A stretch of 60,722 nt of DNA from Ministeria vibrans ATCC 50519 (GCA_943704425.1 CALSCP010000313.1:108249-168970), one strand, 5' to 3'; positions 25,380 through 46,355 are shown, counted from the stretch's first letter. Notes: a model not told the origin generated them from the sequence alone. A program made the numbers and translations.

Positions 25380-25515
25380 GATTAATTATGTTGATAGTTC
25401 CAACATTTGGCATCTTCCAATTTTTCATTTCCGATTAATTCCAATTATTTTGACTTGTCTCTTGCCTGAAATCGCTCACGCTCAACTCCCGCCCTTCTCA
25501 GTCCTTCGTGACAAG

Positions 25516-31067
<5,552 letters not shown>

Positions 31068-31490
31068 CCAAGAGAGAGGAAATAGATTCCCCCCACCCAA
31101 GGGAGAAAAACGGAATTTATGAAAAGGATAATAGAGAATAGAGAGATGTACTCAATGTCAATACAAGACGAAATGCAAAACAAAGAGCACCATTTCCGCC
31201 GTACACTTCTAGACGAGAATGTTCCGAAAGAACACCATATGACTTATACTATACACCCATGGTGAAAAATAAAAGAAGAACTATAAAATATCAAAAGATA
31301 TAAGAATGAGTAATTGTTGGTAATATTTTCAGGGCGGGGAGAAATGAAATAAATTGAGAAGAAAATAAGAAAGATTTCAGAAAATAGGTACGTGGTAGCA
31401 AAAGAGAAAGAAAAATAAAAGTGGACTGAAAAGTTATAAATATAAATCATTCTAATTTTATTTATCTACACAGTGTCTCTCATTCTCTCT

Positions 31491-31560
31491 CGTGCCATCA
31501 GACTCATTCAGGCGAAATATAACAAAGATCACTTTGTAAACGAGTCGTCATCAAGCAACG
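31491..31560 (-). promoter_or_regulatory. SECIS element in the SELENOO 3' UTR
   Basis: Minus strand reads CGTTGC-TTG-ATGAC-GACTCGTTTA-C-AAA-...-TGAATGAGTC-TGAT-G-GCACG: AUGA/GA core, 10-bp helix II, unpaired AAA about 11-12 nt after the core, and helix I. It lies ~200 nt downstream of an in-frame UGA. Confidence 0.92.
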
Positions 31561-31756
31561 CTGAAACAGAGGAGAGGGAAAGTGCCCTCTTCTTGTGGTC
31601 ATCAGACGAGATTGGAGAAAAAGGAGAGAGGAAAAGTGGAGGGGTGCGAGCACAGACACACACACACACTACACACACGTACACACAGACAGACAGACAG
31701 GCATACATACAATGTCTGTCTTTGTGGTGCGCGTGTGATTGGCGGTGCGGGTGCTC

Positions 31757-33994
<2,238 letters not shown>

Positions 33995-34130
33995 CAACAC
34001 AAAAGAATGTCGAATTCTTATTTCTTAATGATTAACCATAATAATTATTCTTATTCATTCTGAAATCTGAATAAACCATTTGTTCAGATTGAGCTCTACC
34101 TCATTTCAGTGATTAAGCGGTGATAGGGAG

Positions 34131-34305
34131 GCGACTCTGTCAAGTTGAAAGGACTTTATATATAAGCGACTCTGTCAAGTTGAAAGGACTTTATATATAA
34201 GCGAAACTGTCAAGTTGAAAGGACTTTATATATAAGCGAAACTGTCAAGTTGAAAGGATTTTCTATATATAAGCGAAACTGTCAAGTTGAAAGGACTTTA
34301 TATAT
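34131..34305. repeat. 35-bp minisatellite, ~5 copies (GCGA[CT/AA]CTGTCAAGTTGAAAGGACTTTATATATAA)
   Basis: Copies start at 34131, 34166, 34201, 34236 (37 bp variant) and 34273 (partial), head-to-tail with no spacers. Confidence 0.96.
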
Positions 34306-36605
34306 CTATACACTCTCTTGCTTGCGCAGCTCGTCACTATAGTAAGTACTCAAACCTGCAACCATTTCAATTGCAGGCACAGTGGAAATGTCGCCAAGGG
34401 CTGCCAACGACGGCTTGGAGCTGGAGATGAGCTTGAACGCGGCCGCACGTGCGCGCTCCACTGTCACCTTGTCAATGTTCTCCACCAACTCACGCGCACT
34501 CAGCCGATGGCCCATCTCCAGAACCTACAGAGCAAAGTTGGTCACACACAGCAAGACAGACAGACAGAGAGAGAATGAAAAACAAAGTGATAGGGAGAGG
34601 GCATGCGTGGGTGTGTGAGGTAGACCGACACACACGTGAATAAATAAAAAAAACTTACCTGACGGGCAATGTCTTCGCAGAGAATGGCGCGTGACTCAAG
34701 ATTCATCAGGACACTCGACTTGAGCATGTTTTTGGCACGCTCGAGCTCCACTGGATCGATTTCGCGGGCCATCATGGCCAGCTGGCCCATCATAATGCTA
34801 ACTGCCTGTGACGCACGAGGACCCGGAACCTACGCGGAGAAGAGGCGATGAGCGCAGAAAACTGGCAGAGAGTGATGGAAGTAAGTGCCTCTGCTGTGAT
34901 GCCAAAAAGCCCTGCGTCGGCATACGACTGGTTGAATGCGGTACACGACTCCATCCACGGGTAGTGTGCCAACACTTGAGTGTATAGGCGACTGTGTATA
35001 TGCAAACATTACAGCACAATTAAACAATCGCGTAAGTGAGTGAGTACAAGTCGGCGTGTGAGTGCGTGCGTGTGTCATACCTGTACATGCCTTTGCCTGG
35101 GCCGCCCGCCGAAAAAGATCCACCTCCACCCATCATCAACTGCAGTGCCGCAACTGCGAGAAAAATACACCATCAGACATGAGAAACAAAATACATACAG
35201 GATGCAGAGCAATAGGTTTACATGTGTAGAGTTCGGGATCGCGAAAGGAGACACTGTCAAAGACAAGACCAAGATAGACATTGCCCTCTGTGCCGCCATG
35301 GCTCACGCGCACATCACCACCAGCGTACACGGCCGGCGTGCGTGTAGGAAGAACCACATCCGACGGAGGAAACCTAGTTGTGTGAGCGTGAGCGGGAGTT
35401 GTGAGGAAGACCAGTCCGAGTGGGTACTTGGGAACGTGTTTGAAGTGCTCTTTGACGCTTGCAACCAGCTCGGCATGTTCCACTCCCGCGGCTGCCACCA
35501 CCATCCGTGACCTTTATACATACGTAGCTTGTGAGTAGCTCTTTCTTTTCTGTCTCTCTGTCTCTCCCTTTGTTCTCACCCGCAGTAGTATTGCTTCAGA
35601 TAGGAGCGCAGTTCGTCGGACGTCACAAGCGGAATGCGCTCGGCGGGACACTGCAGTGGCATGCCTAAAGAATGTGAACCATAGGCAGCAGCGTGGATAA
35701 GCTCGGGGAGTCGCGACTCGGGACGAATCAGTGGATTGGTCAGTTCCCACTCGACGGCACGTCGATTCCTTTCCATCTCTGCCTCCCCAGTCTTCTTTCG
35801 TGTCACCGCATCCGCCAGAACCTCAACAGTCTACAACAACACACAAAGACAAAAAAAAAACCACCGATCGGGTATGTTGAGTCAAGGATCAATGGGCAAA
35901 CGCACGTTCTGCGGCTACTTTGTCCAAGTGATGGCGAAACACAGTCGCCGAGTAGAGTAAGTTGTCGCGTGAGGCAGTGCACACCGCATTGCTTCCGCCC
36001 ATCAACTCCAATTGCTCAGTCACATCATCGTGCGACCGTGTCTCCGTATCCTAGAGAGAAGCGTCAGGCGCAAGGAGAAGCCAGGTCGACCGAATGGGCT
36101 CACATGAAAGGCCGACAGCTGAAGAAACTGCGAAACGCCACTCGTTTCGCGCGTCTCGTAGCGACTGCCCGCGTCAATGCACACACTGACGGCACATATT
36201 TGCCCGCTCACATCCTCCGAGGCAACGTGGATCCCGTTGTCGAGGACTGTGACCTGGAAACGGAGAGAATGAGTGATGATCAAATCCGTCTCTCTCTCGC
36301 TCTCTCTCGCTCGCTCTCTCTCTCGCTCTCGCTCTCTGCTCCATCGCTCACCTTGGTCGAGTGCTCAACAGCCTCATCAGACACTCGAAAGTATGGGCTG
36401 GGCACTCCCGGGAACTCCTGGGTCAACGGAACGGATCTGTGGAGTGCGAGAGCGAAACATGAAGACGCAAGACATTCGACACAAACGACAGGAGAAAAAG
36501 AAGAAGAAAAATATCTTCGTTCTTATATTACTGGTAGTTTCGTTGGATTAGCTTGAGTCGTCTCAAGGCACATGTCCCTCTCAAAAGCAGTCTTTGTGAC
36601 AACAT
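34306..36605 (-). CDS. PMPCA: Mitochondrial processing peptidase alpha subunit (M16B), multi-exon
   Basis: Presequence [10 protein letters not shown]..., [30 protein letters not shown], Gly loop [48 protein letters not shown]. Confidence 0.95.
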
Positions 36606-36711
36606 GCTCAGAAAATTTTGAATAATATAATTATTTTCGATTTTCATTTTTCATTTTTCAATCAATCTTTATTCTTTTTTGATCGTCTACACACTCCTCG
36701 TCACTCTGCTC

Positions 36712-36884
36712 ATGACTGCAGTAATGGCGGGCCCGTTTTCGGACGAGCAGAAACAGTCTGCACTGTCGTCGTTTGGCCTGGTGGACGCTGCGCAGGCCAA
36801 GCAGCAGGCCGAAGAGCAGCTGCAGACCAGCCGCTCACGTACGCCCTGTCTGCCGCTCCTGCTGCCGTCTGCTGACCCCCCACC

Positions 36885-36916
<32 letters not shown>

Positions 36917-37847
36917 GCTCTTCTTCTTCGTGATGCGACACACACACACACACATTCTCTCTTTCTCTCTTTCTCTCTCTCTCTCTCTTTTTTTTTCTCC
37001 AGGAACGGACACGTCGTCGTTCAGTTGGACGTTTACCGACCCCATGCTGCCCAAACAGCGTCGTCTTGTCTCCAAATGTGCCTTGGAAGTCTCCATGACA
37101 GCCAACCCGACGTCGCTTGGCCTACGGCGACGAAGAGGGCGCAGTACGCTGAGACTCCTTTCTCTCCCTCTCTCTCCCTTTCTCTCTCATCTCACTTCTC
37201 TCTTTCTCTTTTGCGCTAGTTCCCACCACGATTGTGGCTGCCTCAACATCAGTACCTATTCGACGACGACTCATCCCTATTCAGCTGGAAGCTCCTCCTT
37301 CAGACACATTTGAAGAGGTAACGAGCGTTTTTTTTGATCCTGTCGCATTGTGTCTCACGCGTTTCTTCAGCCGGACGAGCACGACGACTGCTGTGCCGCC
37401 TGTGGCGCCAATTCCCTGCCGATGGTTCCATGTGACACATGCGAACTGGTATTCCATCCCAGCTGTGTACGACCGGCACTACCGGCGGTGCCTGGTGCCG
37501 ATTCGGCATGGCGGTGCCCCCGCTGTGCGCGTCAGACCGCCGTGCGCATGGCCCCCACATCTCAAGCAGATCTGCGTGCCACCGCCAACAACTGCAACAT
37601 GGCGCTGTCGCGCGTGACGGATCGCTTCAAGGCGTACGACGCGGCCCGCAACGATCGCATTCGCGACTCAGACGCACAGTGCGACAAGATGCGCAAGCTC
37701 GAACGCAAACTCGAAGAAAAGTCGGACGAGACGGAAGAGGCCATCCGACGCACGCGTCAACGCACCGCCGAGACCGCCCAGGCAACCAAGCGCGTCCGCG
37801 AGGCCATTTCCGATATGATTTCTCACGCCAAGCGCGTCTGTATGTAA
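36712..37847 (+). CDS. PHD-finger + coiled-coil protein, PHF21/BHC80-like; 4 exons
   Basis: C4HC3 PHD DEHDDCCAAC...CDTCELVFHPSCVRPAL...WRCPRC followed by a coiled coil. Upstream QKQSALSSFGLV and TANP recall PHF21A segments. Confidence 0.75.
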
Positions 37848-37904
37848 TACTAATTTCTTTTGTTCTTCAAACATTTTCTCTTTTCTCTCTCTCTTTATTT
37901 TCTT

Positions 37905-40900
37905 TCACTCGTCGTCCTCCTCCTCGTCTTCGTCGTCTTCGTCGTCTTCGTCATCCAGCTCGTCAATAAACTCCTGGGCGCCCGGCAGCGACACAGCGGC
38001 GTGCTCAAGCCAGAAGGTGAGAGCCTCGTTGGAGACGAGATCCTCATTGTACAGCTGCGTGAAAATGCCCTTGTCGTCCACGTCGCTGTGTGTGTGCAGA
38101 AACTCAGCAATGTGATGCAGAAACGCAACCTATTACAACACACAAAAATCAAAATCAAAATTGTAAGTCTATACAGCTCGGCACACACTGGAAACCATAA
38201 TTACCTGCTGAATGACAACTCGGTGCTCCTTTTCCTCGTCCGATGCGCCTTTCTGACGCAGAACCATGCCCTTAAGCTGTTTGAGGATAGCCTTGAGAGC
38301 CTTCCAGGCGGCAAGCGTGCGTGCCTTGGAAGCCTTGCCGGCGGACGCGACAAGCGACTCGGACATGGCCAGCACACCAATGACTCCCGCTGCGTCGCCG
38401 TCGCACACATCCGTGTGTGCGTACCGCACCACTGCGTCCTTACCCTTGACATACAGGTTCTCGTCGGTGCGGTCCTCGGCAACGTAGGTCGCCCAGATCG
38501 CCTCAAGCGCCTCTTGAAAGGTCGTGGTCCACACGTCGCGGCCCACCGTGGCATGAGTCAGAGTCGAGAAAGACGTAAAGATTGCCTTGCCGTCGCGACG
38601 TAGACGACCAAGGAACTGCAGCAGATCGTCATTGGAAAGATGCTGGCCGAGGTCGTCGCACAGCACAATGGTGTCGACGGCTGGACAATCAAGACCGTAG
38701 ATGCTGCTGTAGTCGACAATGAGAACGTTGAGCGCCGGTTTCTTGGCCTTGTTGAGGCTGCTCTCGGGCACGGCCAGCACTGCCTCTTGGAATTGCTGGA
38801 TCATCAGCGGATCGGCCTTGGGGTGGGCAATGACAATACCCTTGGACAGGAACACACGCGTGTCCTCCTCCATTGCCTTGGCGCGTCCCAACGGCACACG
38901 GAAGTTAGAGCGCAGCTTGACCATGTCGTCAAAATCGCCGTCGCCCTGCGCCACGTCGTCCTTGTCAATCTTGGTCTTTTTGTTCGACAGCGACTGCTGC
39001 GTCTTCTCGTGCTTCTTGCGGTCCTCCTCCTTGTCGTTGACCTTCTTGCGCAACTCCTTGCGCTTCTCCTCAAAACCTTCCTCCGACAAACCACTGAGCT
39101 CGCGCGCAACCACGTCCGGGTGCAATGCCGCCACCAGTGTAATGCCTGTCGTGGAGATGAGCGAGCGCAGACCGGCTGCTTTCTCCTCTGCCGCGCGTGT
39201 CCACTTGGTGCGCATCTCGTCAAACTCCTTGTCGGTAATGGCACGCAGAGCAGGCTCGACAAACTCCTCGCGAGCACTGGCAGCGCTGGTGAAGAGCGCA
39301 TGCCAGTCACGTGGATCCACCTTGGTAATGGCGTTTGCGTGGCGCGACGAGAGATGCCGCATGAGGAGCACGAGCTTGCGCTGCGACGCCACCGAGTCGT
39401 CAAAGGTGCGCGCCAAAGCAGAGTACGAACCAAAGAGCGACAGCAAACTAAAGCTGTGCAATTTGTTGTTTTCAAAGAGGGCCAACTCGCAGGTGGGCAA
39501 GTCGTAGGGCTGTTGCGTGATGACAAGGCGGTTTGCCGGGCGTGCATGGCGACCCTTCCACCAGCTGGGGAGGTTCTCCCAGGTGCCAAGGGTCGCCGAG
39601 GCAAGGATACTTGTGGTGGGCAGCAGCGACATGGTCTGGCGGACCATTTTGCGGTGGCGCGCGTCAATTTCAATGCCCATGTTGGGCTCGTCAAAGAAGA
39701 GCACCAGACGATCCTTGTGGAAGGGGTAGGTAGCCGCGCACGAGTGAGCAATGCGCAGAATCTCGAGGGTCGCGGCCACGTCGGCAATGATGACGGCGGG
39801 CAGCGGACGCTTGTCCTTGAACTTCTTGGCAACGCTAATGTTGTCGTTGAGCATGTCGAGCATGGGCCCCGAGTCAAGATGATCCTTTTTGCGCTCGCCC
39901 GATCCCGGCGTACGAATGCTGTAGGGGCGACGAACCATAAAGGAGTTTTGCGTGCCGGCGACAAGCGCCGCCGTCCAGAAGCGCATTTCGTTGGCCTCGC
40001 AGTCGGAACCAACGCGCAACAGCACCTGCTTGGCCGGAACGGTGTAGATAAAGATGTGGCGCGACGAGAGACTGGGAAGAAACTTGTTGAGGAGGAGGAA
40101 GGAAAACGTCTTGCCCGAGCCAGTTGGCGTCGAGTAGATGACGTGCATTGGCAGCGTGGCGCCGGGCTCGGGTACCAATGCAATCTCATCCAGTTGTGTC
40201 TTGACAACGTCATTGAGCTGTGCCTGATGCTTGTGCATTTGCGGAACGCCCGTCGAAATAGACACCTTGTTGTCGCTTGTGTGCATCATGAGAAGCGCCT
40301 TCTTGCGCTCGTCCGCCAAAAGGCTCTTCCAGTGAATCACGGCCGCCTTCTCTTCAAGTGTGTCGTTGCCGTCCGCGTTGGTGCCAGCCGCGACGGCTGC
40401 GTGACGCAAGAAGAGTGCGTCTTGGGCGGTGCGACCCTCCAGAGCCTTGAGCCAGCGAGCCGTGAAAGGCGCCGTTTTGGCGAGACGGTTGCAGATCAAT
40501 TCGCGATGCTTCAACGGCGATGCGGGCACCGAGCCGCTCGCACCGCCGCCGTCAGCCGCTGGCAAGTACAGATTGAGGTCCGTCCAACGGTCGGGAGTAT
40601 CTGCATCGACACTCTCGGCAAGCGAGTCGATGAAAAGACGGACGCTGTCGAGCGCGGTGATTCGCACGGGGACCTTGTACAGTTCCATTTCGCTTTCGAT
40701 TTGTTGCAAAATCTTAAACGAGGAACTTTCACGAGCGGCACGCACCACTGAGTTCTCATCCATCGAGTCCCACTCACCCTTTGCAAGCACTGTGTTGAGG
40801 GTGAGGTTGAATCCCTCACCGCCAGCGTCGTCTTCGTCTTCGTCGTCGTCGTCGTCGTTGTCGTTGTCGGTCGCGGGCGCCAGCTGCTCGGATGTGGGGA

Positions 40901-41870
40901 TGTCGGGGTGGGCGGGCAGGAGGAGGGCACGTGCGAGCACGGGGTCCCACTGCGAGGCTGAGGTGCCGTGCATGGCCAGCGCGAGTCCAATACTGAGTGG
41001 ACGCGCGTGGCTCTTTGCGACGTCGCTAGTGGGCGCGAGGCCCAGTGCAAGCGGATGGGCAACCATCCAGTCATAGAGAGCGTTTGCCGTGGCAGTGGGA
41101 GATTCGCCGAGGGTAGGCAAGTCGTCAAAGGACGGAGCCGGCTGCACACGCACACCAAGTTGCAGGTCTGTGATACACTCGGGCTGAAACCAGTCGTCGT
41201 CGTCGTCATTGCCGGTGCTCGTTGAGGCGGTGGTGGTGGTGGTACCAATGGCGAAGAGTGACTTGGAGGGAGCATGGTAAATGTAGAGGGGGCGCTGATG
41301 TTTGGCGTCAACAAAAAGCGCGGGAGCACAGGCGGCAAGACAGGCGGCGGTGACGGGTTCGTAGCATGAGCAAATGCCACGCAGGGCGAGGCCACTAAAC
41401 GCCGAGACGGGACCATTGTGTTGGTAGAGACGCGCAAACATCTCAGGCTTGAGCCAGGGCACGTGGTGGGGCTTAAGACATATTTCATCAATGACAACTT
41501 GCGCGTCGATGGCAATAAGACCCGTGTAGGCATCGACAGCGTCGTGGAAGGCGAGCAGATCGACCTCGTTGAAGTTGGTGAGGCGGAGCGAGCGACGGAA
41601 GTAGTCAAGGGTGAGGGGTGCACTGCCCGAAACGCCCAAAAGCCACAGAGCGGCGCTGACAGGCGAACTGACGCGTCCACTGCTGCCGTCTCTGCGACGA
41701 CTCGCCATGCGCTTGCGCACATCCTTGCTCTTGTCGTTGCCCAGCAAGATGGCCGCCTCACACCGGCGCTGGATGGACACTGACCCACTGGTGGTGGAGT
41801 GGATTTGTCGCAGCTGTCTCCAGCACTGGTCGCTGAGGTAGATCGATACGGCAATGCCGCCCGTGTCCAT
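37905..41870 (-). CDS. SF2 helicase-like ATPase with C-terminal W2 domain; long exon ending 38205, last exon 38129-37905; true 5' end may lie in the N gap
   Basis: Walker A STPTGSGKT, motif II FFDEPN, motif III ASAT, motif V-like SIYGLDCP, motif VI QFLGRLRR. The spliced last exon gives IFTQLYNEDLVSNEALTFW...AQEFIDELDDEDDE (W2 AA-boxes). An acceptor-like sequence lies near 41896. Confidence 0.8.
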
Positions 41871-41944
41871 CGTGAGCTGGTTCAAAAAGATCACGCTGCA
41901 CAAACGAGAGAAGGAATTATTTTCAGTGATGGAAGCAAAAAAAA

Positions 41945-42141
41945 NNNNNNNNNNNNNNNNNNNNNNNNNNNNNNNNNNNNNNNNNNNNNNNNNNNNNNNN
42001 NNNNNNNNNNNNNNNNNNNNNNNNNNNNNNNNNNNNNNNNNNNNNNNNNNNNNNNNNNNNNNNNNNNNNNNNNNNNNNNNNNNNNNNNNNNNNNNNNNNN
42101 NNNNNNNNNNNNNNNNNNNNNNNNNNNNNNNNNNNNNNNNN
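41945..42141. other. Assembly gap (Ns); smaller gaps at 4915-4922, 17731-17741 and 45984-45992
   Basis: N runs seen directly. Confidence 0.99.
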
Positions 42142-42295
42142 TAGTGAAGAGAGATGAAATTTAGTGAAGAATGAAAGTCAAGAGTGAATACTGAATAGAG
42201 ACATTTTAGTCAACTTCGCTTTCGACTGACTACTGACTCGACCTGCGACTCAGTCGACCACTCAACCTTTTCCTTTCTTGCTCGACTTGCTTCCA

Positions 42296-43673
42296 ATGGG
42301 TGCCGTGTGGTCTAGGATACGACGGGTTTGGCAAAAGGTGCGTTGTGTCGAGGAGTGTTTCCGTCTCAAGCAAAACTCCCATTGTCATTGTGAGGATAGG
42401 AGAAAAGTTTCAAGGAAGTTCTGGAGAGTATTGATGAAGACATTCGATCGCTGGAGGAGCGGAAGAAGGAGCAGGTGCTGCGCGAACAGCGGCTCTCCTT
42501 CAATGCCATGGTCGTCTTCGTTGGTCTGCTGACCGTCGCAGCTGCTCTCTTTTGGTGGACGAGGTTTGATTTTTTTTTTTGTATGATTTGAAAAACGAAC
42601 GTAAGGACTAACTTGCGCCGTCTTCGCTTCTATTCGTGTTGCAGCACGCAAAAGAGCGTGCTGGAGAAGGCAGGGCTGTTTATCATACTGATACTGCTGC
42701 CGGCCATCTCGTACGTTGTGCTGCGACGACTGTTTGCGCTGTACTTTGTGCGTCGACGTCGACTGGACCAGCTTGAGCTGGAGATGCTTCAGGAGCGAAT
42801 GCGCAAGAAGATTGAAGAGCTCAAGAAGACCACAAGCTTTGACAGTGTCAAGGCACTGCTACTGCGCTACGACCCGGAGGAGAAGAAGCAACAGGCGCTG
42901 GCGGCCAAGACGGCAGCCGAACTGGCCCAGGCACGCCAGCAGGAGGCGCAACAGAAGAAAGCCGTGGGAGGCAATGGTAGGTGGAGGCACGCACGGAGAG
43001 ATGTGTATACTTATTACAATGTAATATTATATGTGTGTAGTGTCGAGAGCAGAGGCGGCGCGCGCATTGGCCGAGATGGACCGCACTCGGTTGTTGCGGG
43101 ATGCGAAGCTCATGCCACGACCACCACGACCTATTGTGGAGGCATCGTCGGGACTGTCTAAGGTGTGTTGTGGATGAGGCGATGACGAATGACTGGTGTT
43201 GATTTGTTGTTGCTGCTGCTGTTGTATGTGATAGGGCATTGACTATATTGTGGGCGATGGACTGTCCAACCGGTATGCGCTCATATGCAAACACTGTCAT
43301 GGACACAATGGGATGTCGCTCAAAGAGGAGTTTGAGTATGCCGGTGAGTGGCCACAGGGTGTAAAAGAGAAGAAGAGACTGAGGAGTGGTGACTCGTGTT
43401 TGTTTAGCCTACTTTTGTGTGTACTGCTGTGGTGAGAATGCAGCGCGCAAGACACGCCCGGACGGCAGTACTATCCAGTTGAACAGCCTGCAGGACGCAC
43501 AGGCCCCGGGCTCGGCCAATGCAAATGAGGCGAGTGTGGCACAGGAGCCGCCGAAGAAGGAGAGTGGCAGTGGGTTACGACGACGTGGACAACGAGCCGC
43601 AAGTAACGAGTCGGGTGGTGGAGGTGCTTCCGAGGACGATGGGGAGTCGGATCATGATGCCAAGAGAAGATGA
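42296..43673 (+). CDS. LNPK: Lunapark ER junction-formation factor, multi-exon
   Basis: MG myristoylation-type start, two TMs, KKTTSFDSVKALLLRYDP, Zn finger DYIVGDGLSNRYALICKHCHGHNGMSLKEEFEY...FCVYCCGENAARKTRP. Confidence 0.92.
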
Positions 43674-43783
43674 TGATTAGCACTTGAGTTTATAATTATT
43701 ATTATTAAATTTATAATTTTATATTCAGTTAAATAGTTAACTTTACTGAGTTTATCGTCGTCATTCACTCTTTTTACACTATT

Positions 43784-45522
43784 ATGTCTGCCGAAACATA
43801 CTCAGCAAGAGTATGTTTAATCATCCTGTTCAACCTGATGGTGGGCGTCGGATCGCTGGCCATTCCCGCCACCATCGCCCGGTGTGGACTTATCTACGGC
43901 CTTCTTTTGATATACAGTATTTTACACACTGCATTCTGATCGTTTCTCAGTCGTCTGTCTCTCTGACTCTCTTTCTCTCTTTCTCTCTCTCTCTCTCTGT
44001 CCACCCCAGTTGTTGGATTCGCGTCGTACATCACCACGACATTTCTTGTGGAGGTGACTGCCAGTGCCAATGCGGTCCTCAGCGTCAGGTCGGGCGCTCA
44101 GGTAATGCGGATGTCATCCTTTTGCCTCGCCAGTGTGTCAATGTCGTTCTTTTCTCTTTCGCTCTCTCTCTCCCCTCTCCCACATCTCACACCCGCCCGC
44201 CGCTTCCTCCCTTCCGAGTAGCCTTCCAAGGCGTGCTTTGAAATGCACCAGCGCGTTGAAGTGGGCCACATGGCGTCGATCTTCCTGCCGTCTGTTGGGG
44301 CGCGACTCTTTGCGCTTGTCCTCATCCTCTACTTGTATTGCGATCTTGCTATTTACGCGGTGAGTGTTGTCACGACCATCCAACGAGTGTACTTTCCCAA
44401 TTCCGGTAAGGGGGTCGACGCAGACGCGTGTGTGGCTGTGATCAATGCTCAACACAGCTGTTTCGCAGGAGACGACACCTTTCGGGCGATTCTGCTAGTC
44501 TTCTCGGTGCTCCTGGCCCCCTTTTGCCTGTCCAACTTCCAAAAGACGCGACACCTGCAATACGTGACGGTGACAACGCGAGTAGTGGCGCTGTTGGCAA
44601 TGCTTGGACTGGCGTGGAACATTGTGCGCACAGGCAGCGGCGTGCCTTTTGACGATGTGCCCTTGCGCGACTGGGACGGCCTCAAGACCGCCATTGGCAC
44701 GGTGGTCTTCTCGTTTATGCTGCATCACAGCCTACCGGGCGTCATGCACCCGCTCGAGCACAAGTCGCAAGCCACCAGTCTGATCCTTCTCTGCTTTGTT
44801 CTCATTGCATCCATCTACTCCCTCCTGGCCGCCTCCGCTCTCCTTGCCTTCCCTGCCAAGGCCCTCCTGCCCCTCTACACCCTCAACTTCAATCCCGCTC
44901 GGGCTCCCAATTTTGCTACCTTTCTCCGTCTCTTTCCCGTGTTCACGTAAGAAAATGAGAAAAACAAAATCAGGATGGATTCCATTGCATTTTACACTCT
45001 TGCCGCCACTCTTGTTGCAGACTGTCCTCCAACTTTCCTCTCATCTGCATCACACTGCGCAACAACCTCACTCAGTTTGTCTCCTTGCCAAGTACCTCCA
45101 CCATCATCACGCGCTCCGCCAAACCGCCCGCCCCTTCCCCTATTGACGCCACCGCACTTCCGCTTCCTCCTCCTCTCCCTGCCCTCCCTCCCATGGACCG
45201 TCGTCATTCCCGTACCACGTTGCTGGCGCATCTGATCCCCGCTCGCCGCGTCCTTCTTATGACCCTGCTCGCTCTTTTGCCGCCCCTCACCCTCTCCGCC
45301 ATCACCCACGACCTGCGCATGCTCATCAGCATCACCGGTAGCATGACCGGCATTGCCATCATGTTCTTCACCCCCGCCGCCCTCGTCGTCTTCTCCCGTC
45401 GCCTCACCGCCCGTCTCCTTCCCGACGTCCCCAACCCGTACCTCTCTCCCTTTGGCGGTCCCGCCGGAACCTCTCTCATTGTCCTTGTGGGTCTTGTCGC
45501 CCTCATTGTGCCCTCCCTCTAA
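43784..45522 (+). CDS. TMEM104: TMEM104-like amino acid transporter family protein, multi-exon
   Basis: FNLMVGVGSLAIP, RVEVGHMASIF, LYLYCDLAIYAV, NFQKTRHLQ, FSFMLHHSLP, LYTLNF, LFPVFT|LSSNFPLICITLRNNL. Confidence 0.9.
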
Positions 45523-45817
45523 ATTACGTACTCCTATCCACATTTCATTCCTCTGTAGTCTGTACAAACGTGTGTATATTCTGTAACCAAGCTACACTAT
45601 GAATAAGAAATAATCAGATTAGGAAAATAAATAGATAATCGAGAGCTGTACTCAATGTCAAAAGTCAAAGCAAAACTATAAAAAAAAAACAAAGAGCAGC
45701 ACAGATTAATAATTTCAGCTATTAACCAACTTTTGAGTTTTGACTAAACTCTAAATTAATTCTGAATCTAAATTGAATTCCTTCATTTATTTTGATTGCA
45801 CTCGCGCTTTTGTCTCC

Positions 45818-46225
45818 ATGTCTCTCATTCGCTTGACAACCCTCCCTCCGGAAGTTCCCGTACGATCCACCCTCCCCTCCTCCATGCCGCTCTGTCTGCG
45901 TGCCAATGCGTTGTGTTGTCCCCCCTCCGCTCGAATTCATGGTTTAGCCAGCATTCCGAAGAATATGCAACTGGAAGCGTCACNNNNNNNNNNCCCCCCC
46001 CCTCCCCCCTCTCAGACAGCGGACGTGCTGACTCCCGCGTCCGCTGGACTCGTCCGCATGAGCATCTCCGACACGCAGCTGTGGTTTGGTTCGCGCTCCG
46101 CCGGTACGTCTTCTTCTTGTGCATCCGCTACTGTTGCTGACTCGGTGTGTTGCAGGTGAAGCGGGGACCTTGTGCATCACTGAAAGGTTTCGTCGACTGG
46201 TCAACGTTTGACTTTTTCTTACCCC

Positions 46226-46260
<35 letters not shown>

Positions 46261-46295
46261 TACCTCTCTTCCTGATGAACGTAACGCGCTTGTGT

Positions 46296-46355
<60 letters not shown>

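Noticed and set aside
31546-31610. Possible second overlapping SECIS (ATGACCACAAG...TGATGACG)
   Set aside because: Helix II cannot form after the core; only a short GAGGG/CCCTC hairpin is present.
34131-34305. 35-bp direct repeats resembling a CRISPR array
   Set aside because: Units are contiguous with no unique spacers, no cas genes are present and the context is eukaryotic; it is a minisatellite.
38640-40751. 703-aa plus-strand ORF and other long antisense or alternate-frame ORFs
   Set aside because: Shadows of GC-rich coding sequence on the opposite strand; no motifs.
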